Source of the DNA: an uncultured Eubacteriaceae bacterium
GTDB lineage: Bacteria > Bacillota > Clostridia > Eubacteriales > UBA1433
Reading direction: 5' to 3'
Assembly: GCA_937914785.1 (NCBI GenBank)
Contig: CALGIV010000223.1
Span: 1 to 32,124, forward strand
DNA: 32,124 nucleotides
Shown: positions 25,304 to 32,124 of the stretch, one piece after another
Layout: each line of letters begins with the position of its first letter
How positions within the stretch are numbered: the first letter of the stretch is position 1
The notes under the pieces: model-generated
What the model saw: the letters and a program-made list of their open reading frames with translations, nothing else
Database searches by the model: none
What the model was told of the DNA's origin: nothing
Translations under genes and position numbers: made by a program

Positions 25304-25354
25304 CTTAATTCCCCCTCGCTAATAATTAACACTGATGTTTACACATGTATAGTT

Positions 25355-26362
25355 TTATAATATCTCACGATTTTTTTCAATCATTTTTTCCTTAATTTTT
25401 TCTAAAATTTTACTTTGGGCGAAATCATTCGCCGCCAATAACGCATTTTTAAAAGCTTCTTTGTCGCTGCTGCCATGTGCCTTAAAAATACCCGCATTCA
25501 CACCCAGCAACGGCATCCCTCCATAATTACGGTAATCATACTTCGTCGCTACGCCCTTTAAAGGCTGCTTGATCAACGCACCTGCTATTTTATATGGCAG
25601 GCCTTTTAACAATATGTCTTTAATCTCTCGAAACAGCGTTTCCGCCGTACCTTCAATCGTTTTTAACACGAGATTGCCGCTGAAGCCATCCGCGACGATC
25701 ACGTCGCAGTTACCGCTGAAGAAATCTCTGCTTTCAATATTGCCGACGAAATTGACATCCGCTATTTTCAACAGCTCATGCGCCTGCTGTACCATCGGGC
25801 TGCCTTTTTTCTCTTCCGTTCCAATATTTAACAATCCTACCTTTGGATACGCCATATGAAACATGTTCTCCATATAAACGCTTCCCATCATTGCAAATTG
25901 TTCCAAATATTCCGCTTTGCATTCGGCATTTGCTCCGCCGTCAAGCAGAATAGTCATCGTACCTTTTTCATTTGGCAGCACAATACCAATTGCCGGCCGT
26001 TTAATCCCTTTAATTCTGCCGGGACCAACAAAAGCACCCGCCAAAAGCGCACCCGTGCTTCCCGCCGAGACAAACACACTCGAGTGATCCTCTTTTAAAA
26101 GCTGCATCGCCACGGCGACCGAGGAATCTTTTTTGCGCCGAACCGCCGTAGCCGGATCGTCGTCATTCGTAATAACCTCACTCGCGTGAACGATATCAAA
26201 ACGCTCTCGATTCAGCTTATACGTTTCAATATATTTTTCAATAGTCGACGTTTCTCCGACCAGCGTTATTTCTTCATTTAAAATTTCCGAAGCCAACGCC
26301 GTACCCAAAATAATTTGTTCCGGCGCATTATCGCCGCCCATCGCATCTACGATCAGTTTCAT
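25355..26362 (-). CDS. plsX: Phosphate acyltransferase PlsX
   Basis: MKLIVDAMGGDNAP N-terminus, LLDGGAN and ADGFSGNLVLK motifs. Confidence 0.95.
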   Translation of the reverse strand: MKLIVDAMGGDNAPEQIILGTALASEILNEEITLVGETSTIEKYIETYKLNRERFDIVHASEVITNDDDPATAVRRKKDSSVAVAMQLLKEDHSSVFVSAGSTGALLAGAFVGPGRIKGIKRPAIGIVLPNEKGTMTILLDGGANAECKAEYLEQFAMMGSVYMENMFHMAYPKVGLLNIGTEEKKGSPMVQQAHELLKIADVNFVGNIESRDFFSGNCDVIVADGFSGNLVLKTIEGTAETLFREIKDILLKGLPYKIAGALIKQPLKGVATKYDYRNYGGMPLLGVNAGIFKAHGSSDKEAFKNALLAANDFAQSKILEKIKEKMIEKNREIL

Positions 26363-26398
26363 CGTACACCTCCCTTTTCTGCGAATATATAAAACAAT

Positions 26399-26427
26399 GA
26401 CAGAGAATGCGGTTGCTTTTCTCTGTC
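26399..26427 (-). terminator. Hairpin (probable attenuating terminator) between rpmF and plsX
   Basis: A 9-bp perfect stem GACAGAGAA/TTCTCTGTC with an 11-nt loop, followed on the minus strand by a weak T-rich tract (ATTGTTTTA). Confidence 0.5.
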
Positions 26428-26435
26428 GTTTAAGT

Positions 26436-26618
26436 TCATTCTGAAATTGTAATCACTTCTACATCTTTGTATGTGCCACATTTTAAGCATACTCTATGAG
26501 GAAGTTTCATCTCGCCGCATTTCGGGCAAACGCTTAATGCAGGCGTTTCCAAACGATAATTTTTCGCTCTGCGTTGCTTTTTTCTTGCCTTACTCGTCCT
26601 GCTCTTCGGTACTGCCAT
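26436..26618 (-). CDS. rpmF: 50S ribosomal protein L32 (zinc-ribbon form)
   Basis: MAVPKSRTSKARK N-terminus and CPKCG...CLKCG zinc knuckles. Confidence 0.95.
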   Translation of the reverse strand: MAVPKSRTSKARKKQRRAKNYRLETPALSVCPKCGEMKLPHRVCLKCGTYKDVEVITISE

Positions 26619-26620
26619 TA

Positions 26621-27100
26621 CTACACCTCCTTATCTGCTTTCTCAAGTAGCTCCTTCAATTTGTCAAAGTGAGGATTTCCTTCAAAGATGATTTCGTCTT
26701 CCCACTCTTCCGTAAACCCTTTGTATACGAGCCCTTCACATGTACTTTCACACAGCTTCTTCATCGGGATTTTTAAAATAATCGCTTCCCGGGCAAGCTG
26801 CATGCTGTTAAAAATTCCCGAAGGATGCATCGTCGCCAGCTGCTCTATCGTAAATTTTTCTTTACTTACCAATTTGTCTTCGTATTCAAACTCCGACAAA
26901 CAACGCGAACAGACCATCCTCAGCCGGTATTCAATGATTAAATGAACATGAACGATCTGCTGTTCATACCAGGCCTTTGTGTGCAGTCTGATCGGGCTCA
27001 ATGCCTGCGCATCTTCATAGATGGCAAATCCGTTTAACTCTTCCTGCGCCTCAAAACGCTCTAACGCATTTTTTACCAGCAAGGCAATATCAATCTTCAT
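26621..27100 (-). CDS. yceD: YceD/DUF177 family protein (large-subunit rRNA/ribosome accumulation factor)
   Basis: Conserved position immediately upstream of rpmF. Has the CSRCL...CxxxC pattern typical of DUF177. The likely start is MKIDIALL at 27100; the ORF track extends to a GTG at 27127. Confidence 0.75.
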   Translation of the reverse strand: MKIDIALLVKNALERFEAQEELNGFAIYEDAQALSPIRLHTKAWYEQQIVHVHLIIEYRLRMVCSRCLSEFEYEDKLVSKEKFTIEQLATMHPSGIFNSMQLAREAIILKIPMKKLCESTCEGLVYKGFTEEWEDEIIFEGNPHFDKLKELLEKADKEV

Positions 27101-27170
27101 TTCAAACATCTGCCTTTCAAACTGCACACAATATTATATTCATATCAAGTTTTAAAGTCAAGCGATAAAA

Positions 27171-28370
27171 TTATTTTGCTTCAACTATTTCCTTCGTATC
27201 GCGTGCAATCATTAATTCTTCATTTGTCGGAACGAGCAACACGGCTACTTTCGCATCATCCGTGCTGATGACCAGCTCTTTGCCGCGCGTCTCATTTTTC
27301 TTTTCATCAAGCTTGATCCCCATAAATTCAAGCCCGTTTACACAAGCTTTTCTGATCGTCGCCGAGTTCTCGCCGATACCCGCTGTAAAGACAACCGCAT
27401 CCACGCCGCCCATCGCCGCCGCATACTGGCCAATCGTATAGCGCACGCGGTAGCAGAAAATTTCAAGTGCCAAGGCCGCACGCTTATTACCGCTATTCGC
27501 TGCCGCTTCGATGTCTCTGAAATCACTGCCGACGCCGGAAATTCCCAGCACGCCGGACTTCTTATTCATCACGCCATCGACTTCTTTTGCACTTAAGCCC
27601 TCGTTTTGCATCAAAAACGTCACGATTGCCGGGTCGATCGTGCCACAGCGCGTTCCCATCGCCAAGCCATCCAATGGCGTAAAGCCCATCGATGTCTCGA
27701 CACTCTTGCCGCCGTCAACTGCCGCAATCGATGCGCCGTTGCCCAGATGACACGTAATGATTTTCAAATCCTTCATATCTTTTCCGAGCATTTCCGCTGC
27801 TTTCTGTGATACAAAACGGTGGCTTGTACCGTGGAAGCCATATTTTCTCAAGCTGTACTTTTCATAGTATTCGTACGGGAGCGGATAGATATACGCATAA
27901 TCCGGCATCGTCTGATGAAAAGCCGTATCAAATACGCCGACTGTCGGCACATCCGGCAGAATCGCTCTGCAGGCTTCAATTCCCATCAAGTTCGGCGGAT
28001 TGTGCAGCGGAGCGAGCGGAATACATTCTTCCAGCGCTGCGACGACTTCATCCGTCAACATAACGGAAGAAGCAAACTTTTCACCCGCATGCACGACGCG
28101 GTGGCCTACCGCCGTAATTTCGCTCATATCGCTGATCACACCGCAAACGGGATCGATAAGTGCTCCCATTAAAATTTTCAATGCATCTTTATGATCCTTC
28201 ATCGGTTGATTAAAAACTTTTTCTTCCTTGCCCTGTGGTTTGTGCGTCAAGACGGAGCCTTCAAGGCCAATCCGTTCAGCCAGCCCTTTTGCCAGAACCG
28301 ATTCGTCTTTCATATCGAACAGCTGGTATTTTAATGACGAACTCCCACAGTTAATAACCAAGATATTCAT
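27171..28370 (-). CDS. ackA: Acetate kinase
   Basis: [19 protein letters not shown]-terminus, GHRVVHGG-like motif ([11 protein letters not shown]), FDTAFH and [10 protein letters not shown]. The ATG at 28370 follows GGGAGG. The ORF-track extension to 28418 runs into the promoter region. Confidence 0.95.
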   Translation of the reverse strand: MNILVINCGSSSLKYQLFDMKDESVLAKGLAERIGLEGSVLTHKPQGKEEKVFNQPMKDHKDALKILMGALIDPVCGVISDMSEITAVGHRVVHAGEKFASSVMLTDEVVAALEECIPLAPLHNPPNLMGIEACRAILPDVPTVGVFDTAFHQTMPDYAYIYPLPYEYYEKYSLRKYGFHGTSHRFVSQKAAEMLGKDMKDLKIITCHLGNGASIAAVDGGKSVETSMGFTPLDGLAMGTRCGTIDPAIVTFLMQNEGLSAKEVDGVMNKKSGVLGISGVGSDFRDIEAAANSGNKRAALALEIFCYRVRYTIGQYAAAMGGVDAVVFTAGIGENSATIRKACVNGLEFMGIKLDEKKNETRGKELVISTDDAKVAVLLVPTNEELMIARDTKEIVEAK

Positions 28371-28431
28371 TTTTGCATATCCTCCCTGTTTGTAAATTAT
28401 TTTATTCGGGCATGTCAATTACATCATTTAA

Positions 28432-28460
28432 TTATACTGGATTTATCTGTCTTTTTCAAG
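28432..28460 (-). promoter_or_regulatory. Sigma-A promoter for ackA (TTGAAA-17-TATAAT)
   Basis: The minus strand has TTGAAA (28460..28455), a 17-nt spacer, and TATAAT (28437..28432). Confidence 0.65.
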
Positions 28461-28481
28461 CCATAACAGATGAATATCTTT

Positions 28482-28509
28482 TGTTTTTCAATATGTTTTC
28501 CACTATAAT
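28482..28509 (+). promoter_or_regulatory. Candidate sigma-A promoter for tmcAL (TTGTTT-16-TATAAT)
   Basis: TTGTTT at 28482..28487 and TATAAT at 28504..28509, about 34 nt upstream of the ATG at 28543. Confidence 0.5.
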
Positions 28510-28542
28510 ATAAAGTAATGATTAATAAAGGGGCGCAGTCGA

Positions 28543-29709
28543 ATGAAAAGTGTCGGCATCATCGCAGAATACAATCCGTTTCATTACGGCCATCAATACC
28601 ATCTTACCAAGACACGAGAGCAAAGCGGTGCGGACGCTGTCGTCGTCGTTATGAGCGGAGACTTTACACAGCGCGGTGAAGTCGCGCTTTACGATAAGTA
28701 CCGACGCGCCCAGGCGGCAGTCTTATTTGGCGCAGACGTCGTCGTCATGCTGCCGTTTGCCTACAGCTGCCAGACAGCGGAGCTTTTCGCCTTTGGCGGC
28801 GTCTCCACATTGGCTGCACTAAAAGCAGAAGCGATCTCCTTCGGTTGTGAAGATAACGACATCGCCTTACTTAAAAAAGCCGCTCACCTGTTGGCATATC
28901 CATCGGACGAAATGGAAGAATCGCTTCGCAATCACCTCACACAAGGGCGCTCTTACGCAAAAGCCCGCCAACTCGCTCTGGCCGCATTATGCACCGATTG
29001 CGCTGCACTTTTAGATAAACCGAATAATATTTTAGCCGTCGAATACTTAAAACAAATCGCACTTCATCATTACCCGATGTCCGCGATCGCCGTAACGCGT
29101 GAAGGCGCCACTCACGACAGTCCGTCTTACCAAGGCAACATTGCTTCAGCCTCCTCCATCCGCTCGCTCATCTGCGCCGGCGAAGACGCTTCTTCCTTTC
29201 TGCCGCATTCGTTCACGCAATTGCCGCACAATGAAATAAAGCACTACCGGGATATCCTCTATCAGAACCTGCTGCTCAGCGATGCGAACAAATTACGCCG
29301 TTATCCCGAAATCTCCGGCGGGCTTGAATATCGAATGCTTAAAACATTTGATGATTACTTGCCATTAGAGCAATATATCGCTCAGGTATCGAATAAACAC
29401 CACACCAAAAGCCGTATTCGCCGAAGTCTGTGTCATTTGCTGACCGACTTTACACTTTCATTCAAAGAGATTAAATCCAGCCCGGTTCCTTACCTGCGCC
29501 TGCTCGCCTTTAATGAAACGGGGCGTGCCTACTTAAACCAACTCCAGCCCGACCCGCCCGTCATCTCAAACCTTGCAGATGCGATGAAAAAAACACACGG
29601 ATACGCAAAAACCATTTTGACGTACGATATTTTAGCTTCAAACCTCTATCAATTGGCTGTCGAAGAAAAAAAGAACACCGATTATTTCCGCACACCGATT
29701 TATTGCTGA
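28543..29709 (+). CDS. tmcAL: tRNA(Met) cytidine acetate ligase (YlbM/UPF0348 nucleotidyltransferase family)
   Basis: GIIAEYNPFHYGHQYH (HxGH nucleotidyltransferase motif) and MSGDFTQRGE; about 390 aa, typical of YlbM/TmcAL. Confidence 0.8.
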   Translation: MKSVGIIAEYNPFHYGHQYHLTKTREQSGADAVVVVMSGDFTQRGEVALYDKYRRAQAAVLFGADVVVMLPFAYSCQTAELFAFGGVSTLAALKAEAISFGCEDNDIALLKKAAHLLAYPSDEMEESLRNHLTQGRSYAKARQLALAALCTDCAALLDKPNNILAVEYLKQIALHHYPMSAIAVTREGATHDSPSYQGNIASASSIRSLICAGEDASSFLPHSFTQLPHNEIKHYRDILYQNLLLSDANKLRRYPEISGGLEYRMLKTFDDYLPLEQYIAQVSNKHHTKSRIRRSLCHLLTDFTLSFKEIKSSPVPYLRLLAFNETGRAYLNQLQPDPPVISNLADAMKKTHGYAKTILTYDILASNLYQLAVEEKKNTDYFRTPIYC

Positions 29710-29772
29710 CAACCCCTCATTTATCCAATCAGCCAGGCATACAAATTAAAAAAACGTATCGAGGCTGCTTGT

Positions 29773-30738
29773 ATGAAAAAAAATATCTTCTTTGGTATTT
29801 GTTTTGCCGTCCTATTGTTTTGCTGTTTTTATTATCCGGTGGAATCTTATGAACTTATAGAATATTCCTTTATGCTGTGGCTGAAAAAGCTGGCACCGTT
29901 TTTGTTTCCTTTTCTGATTTTAACAAATGTCATTATGCAAAGCGGCCTGCTAAAGCTGCTCGCACCACTGTTTTATCCCCTGGCCAGGCTATACCGCACG
30001 TCACCGTCAGCCATCTTCGCCGTACTATGCGGCTGCCTCGGCGGACAGCCTACAGGCGTTAAAACCGTCTCACAAATGGTGATTGCCGGAGAAATCAGCG
30101 CCGAAGAAGCACAAAACATCTCTGCGTTTTGTTCGATGTCTTCTCCGTCCTTTATCCTTACCAGCGTGGGCCTCCTGCTCTATCAGGATGCCCGCGTCGG
30201 CACAGTACTGCTGCTGTCGTCCGTTTTGTCCGTCCTGTTTACCGGCCTGTTCTTTCGCCGTCCAAAGGGCCGCACACCACTGCCGGCCGTATCAAAACCA
30301 AAGCCGGCCGGCATTCTGAACATCCTCATTTCCGCAATTACCAACAGCACCTACACCGTCATTCTCGTCGGCAGCTATATCATCTTTTTCGGCTTTGCCG
30401 CCGGCATTTTAAATCGCCTTGGCATTTTCAGCGCGATCGCTCAGCTGATCATCCGCCTCGGCATCAACGTACAGCCCGAAGCCGTCACAGGGTTTTTATG
30501 GGGTGCCATTGAAATCACCGGCGGTGCAGACCAAATCAGTGCGCTTGCCCTTAATCTGCCTGCCCGATTAATCTTAACCTCCATCATCATCAACTGGGGC
30601 GGCCTTTCCGTCCACGCTCAAAGTACAACTTTTCTGTCGGAAGCCGGACTTTCAGCCAATCATTACCTGCGCGGTAAATTGATCCAGCCTTTTATCGCCG
30701 GCATTGCGACAGGGGTTTTATGTTTGTGGATGTTGTAA
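29773..30738 (+). CDS. ylbJ: Sporulation integral membrane protein YlbJ-like (nucleoside-recognition/Gate-domain membrane protein)
   Basis: Polytopic membrane protein. LWLKKLAPFLFPFLILTNVI...CGCLGGQPTGVK resembles YlbJ. It is adjacent to the ylbM homolog, as in Bacillus. Confidence 0.6.
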   Translation: MKKNIFFGICFAVLLFCCFYYPVESYELIEYSFMLWLKKLAPFLFPFLILTNVIMQSGLLKLLAPLFYPLARLYRTSPSAIFAVLCGCLGGQPTGVKTVSQMVIAGEISAEEAQNISAFCSMSSPSFILTSVGLLLYQDARVGTVLLLSSVLSVLFTGLFFRRPKGRTPLPAVSKPKPAGILNILISAITNSTYTVILVGSYIIFFGFAAGILNRLGIFSAIAQLIIRLGINVQPEAVTGFLWGAIEITGGADQISALALNLPARLILTSIIINWGGLSVHAQSTTFLSEAGLSANHYLRGKLIQPFIAGIATGVLCLWML

Positions 30739-30994
30739 ATGACTTTCAATCAAAAGTTCATTAAGAAAGCAATTGTACTTTGTTTCCTCCCTCTCACAAT
30801 GTCGAAAGATCACACACTCAAAACCAACTATCGAAAATCAGACATGTAACCGCCAACATGACTGTCATTACACCCTTTAAAGGACATCTAACAAAACTTA
30901 ATCTAAAAAGTTCAGAGACATCCTCCAACCTATACTGCAAATTTAAAATAAAAACCAACGGCACTTTATTTTTTCACTGTAAAAAAACACAAAA

Positions 30995-31040
30995 AAAGAA
31001 CTCCATATCTTTTAAAATCAAGTTCTTTTTATTGATGTAA
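30995..31040 (-). terminator. Probable intrinsic terminator downstream of the XRE gene (may also stop ylbJ read-through)
   Basis: AAAGAACT/AGTTCTTT 8-bp stem with an 18-nt loop. A-rich on the plus-strand 5' side, so T-rich after the hairpin on the minus strand. The long loop lowers confidence. Confidence 0.4.
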
Positions 31041-31053
31041 TGTTACGTCTATT

Positions 31054-31368
31054 TCACTTTTTATCCGCCAGCTCTTTTGCAAGCCCTGCAATATTGGAAA
31101 GGGATTTTTCATCCAGCTGCTTTAAATCCTTAATAAGCTCCTTCAATTTCTCCGGATCGCTGTTTCCTTCGTCAAAGAATTCCATTGGTGTAATTTCAAA
31201 ATATTCACAAATATAGAGAAACACTGTCATAGACGGCAACGACTTTTTATTTTCAATGGTATTAATATAACTTTCACTCTGCCCCAACGAGAGACTCATA
31301 TCCCGCGCCGACACGCCTTTTTTTATCCTCAGCTGTGCAATACGTTCCTGAATAAAATTTTCGTCCAT
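31054..31368 (-). CDS. XRE-family helix-turn-helix transcriptional regulator
   Basis: The N-terminal HTH_3 pattern (IAQLRIKKGVSARDMSLSLGQSESYINTIENKKSLPSMTVFLYICEYFEITPMEFF) followed by a short acidic/helical tail. Confidence 0.85.
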   Translation of the reverse strand: MDENFIQERIAQLRIKKGVSARDMSLSLGQSESYINTIENKKSLPSMTVFLYICEYFEITPMEFFDEGNSDPEKLKELIKDLKQLDEKSLSNIAGLAKELADKK

Positions 31369-31443
31369 TTTTTATCACACCCTCTGCATAGAATTGTATC
31401 CTATACGCGGGCATTATTATAATGATTTAATTTTATATTTTTG

Positions 31444-31472
31444 TTGACTTATATGATTTGATTCTATATTAT
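31444..31472 (+). promoter_or_regulatory. Sigma-A promoter for the SLOG/DUF1273 gene (TTGACT-17-TATTAT)
   Basis: TTGACT at 31444..31449, a 17-nt spacer, and TATTAT at 31467..31472. Confidence 0.55.
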
Positions 31473-31512
31473 TAAAAATTGAAATGTTTATTTGATGCGA
31501 GGGAATCAAAAT

Positions 31513-31968
31513 ATGAAATCGTGTTGTGTTACAGGCCATCGGGATATAGCGGTCGATAAAATCAGTTTGGTCGAAAGAAAATTACGAAAAGAAATCATCA
31601 CAGCAATAAGCGATGGCTATACGGACTTTTTCTCTGGCTTTGCGCCCGGTGTAGATATTCTTTTCGGCAAGCTCGTCGTTGAACTGCAAAAGAAACACCC
31701 GAAAATTACCTTAAACGCCGCGCTGCCCTATCCAACCTGGATGAAATACCGGCGTATGGAAGAGCAAAAATTACTTACCCATTGCGTCAGCATCGGCGTA
31801 CATAGTCCAAAATACAATCCAAACTGCTTTCTCGTTCGCAATCACTTTATGATAAACTCATGCGAGCGCCTGATCGCAGTATACGACGGACGCACCAAAG
31901 GCGGCACCGTCAACACGATGCGTTATGCCGCTGCGCTAAAACGCGACATCAGAAACATTAACATCTAG
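31513..31968 (+). CDS. SLOG-superfamily protein, DUF1273 (YpsA/YoqJ-like)
   Basis: MKSCCVTGHR N-terminus, FxSGxAxGVD Rossmann-like loop and C-terminal GGTxNTMRYA are the hallmark DUF1273 pattern. The ATG at 31513 is 8 nt after GAGGGA; the ORF-track start at 31492 is upstream of the RBS. Confidence 0.75.
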   Translation: MKSCCVTGHRDIAVDKISLVERKLRKEIITAISDGYTDFFSGFAPGVDILFGKLVVELQKKHPKITLNAALPYPTWMKYRRMEEQKLLTHCVSIGVHSPKYNPNCFLVRNHFMINSCERLIAVYDGRTKGGTVNTMRYAAALKRDIRNINI

Positions 31969-32124
31969 CAATATAAACATTTTTCCATACTAAAATAAAA
32001 AGAGATACTGCCTTTAAGACAATATCCCATTTATTGATCCATCTTCATTTTACAATCAAGCGGCGGCCGCCCTTTAACTGTTCTTCCGTTTGATCGATTT
32101 TAATTGGCTGCGGTTTTCTTCCAA

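Noticed and set aside
25304-26435. Absence of fapR upstream of plsX, and of fabD/fabG between plsX and acpP, compared with the Bacillus fapR-plsX-fabD-fabG-acpP operon.
   Set aside because: This is gene-order variation that is common outside Bacilli. Nothing in the sequence itself is anomalous.
30780-31040. An 86-aa ORF in the gap after ylbJ.
   Set aside because: It has a TTG start without an RBS, and its Lys/Thr/Asn-rich low-complexity product runs through homopolymer A tracts and the terminator hairpin. I treat the region as non-coding.
32045-32124. A minus-strand frame open at the window edge (…GRKPQPIKIDQTEEQLKGGRRLIVK*), convergent with the SLOG gene.
   Set aside because: Only about 25 codons are visible. 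There is no recognisable motif and I cannot distinguish it from chance.
1-32124. Scan for CRISPR arrays, tRNA/rRNA genes, IS elements and long direct or inverted repeats.
   Set aside because: I noticed no regularly spaced repeats, no tRNA-like cloverleaf candidates in the intergenic regions, and no transposase- or integrase-like ORFs. A by-eye scan cannot exclude short or degenerate elements.

Overview
This looks like a core chromosomal segment from a spore-forming Firmicute, probably Clostridia-like, with GC in the mid-40s % by eye. I saw no rRNA, tRNA, CRISPR array, transposase or integrase.

Gene order:
- 1 to 11.7 kb, plus strand: maf (partial), radC, a divergent Cys-rich ORF on the minus strand, a carD-like gene, a frameshifted yacL-type PIN/TRAM gene, ispD, an orphan TPP-dependent E1 alpha/beta pair, a small Zn-ribbon ORF, ispF, cysS, mrnC, a ProX/YbaK-type deacylase, a T-box leader with thrS, and hsp20.
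- 11.8 to 28.4 kb, mostly minus strand: three tandem paralogous polytopic membrane proteins of unknown function, one MBL-fold hydrolase on the plus strand, sleB-ypeB, then the compact string ackA, yceD, rpmF, plsX, acpP, rnc, smc, ftsY and an Sfp-type PPTase.
- 28.5 to 32.1 kb: tmcAL, ylbJ, a 315-nt AT-rich non-coding gap, then a divergent XRE regulator and SLOG/DUF1273 gene pair.

Most notable observations:
1. A three-gene insertion (E1 alpha, E1 beta, Zn-ribbon) sits inside the normally contiguous ispD-ispF junction, with no E2 or E3 partner in the window.
2. Three tandem copies of an uncharacterised membrane-protein module carry unrelated disordered C-terminal tails.
3. The yacL-type gene has a -1 frame break at a T4 run. 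tRNA-Phe slippage or a one-base indel would each repair it to the same protein.
4. An Sfp-type PPTase is translationally coupled to ftsY.
5. A candidate sigma-G promoter lies upstream of sleB, and an AT-rich hairpin overlaps its -35 element.

All family assignments come from motif recognition by eye, not database searches. Coordinates of small sites may be off by 1-2 nt.
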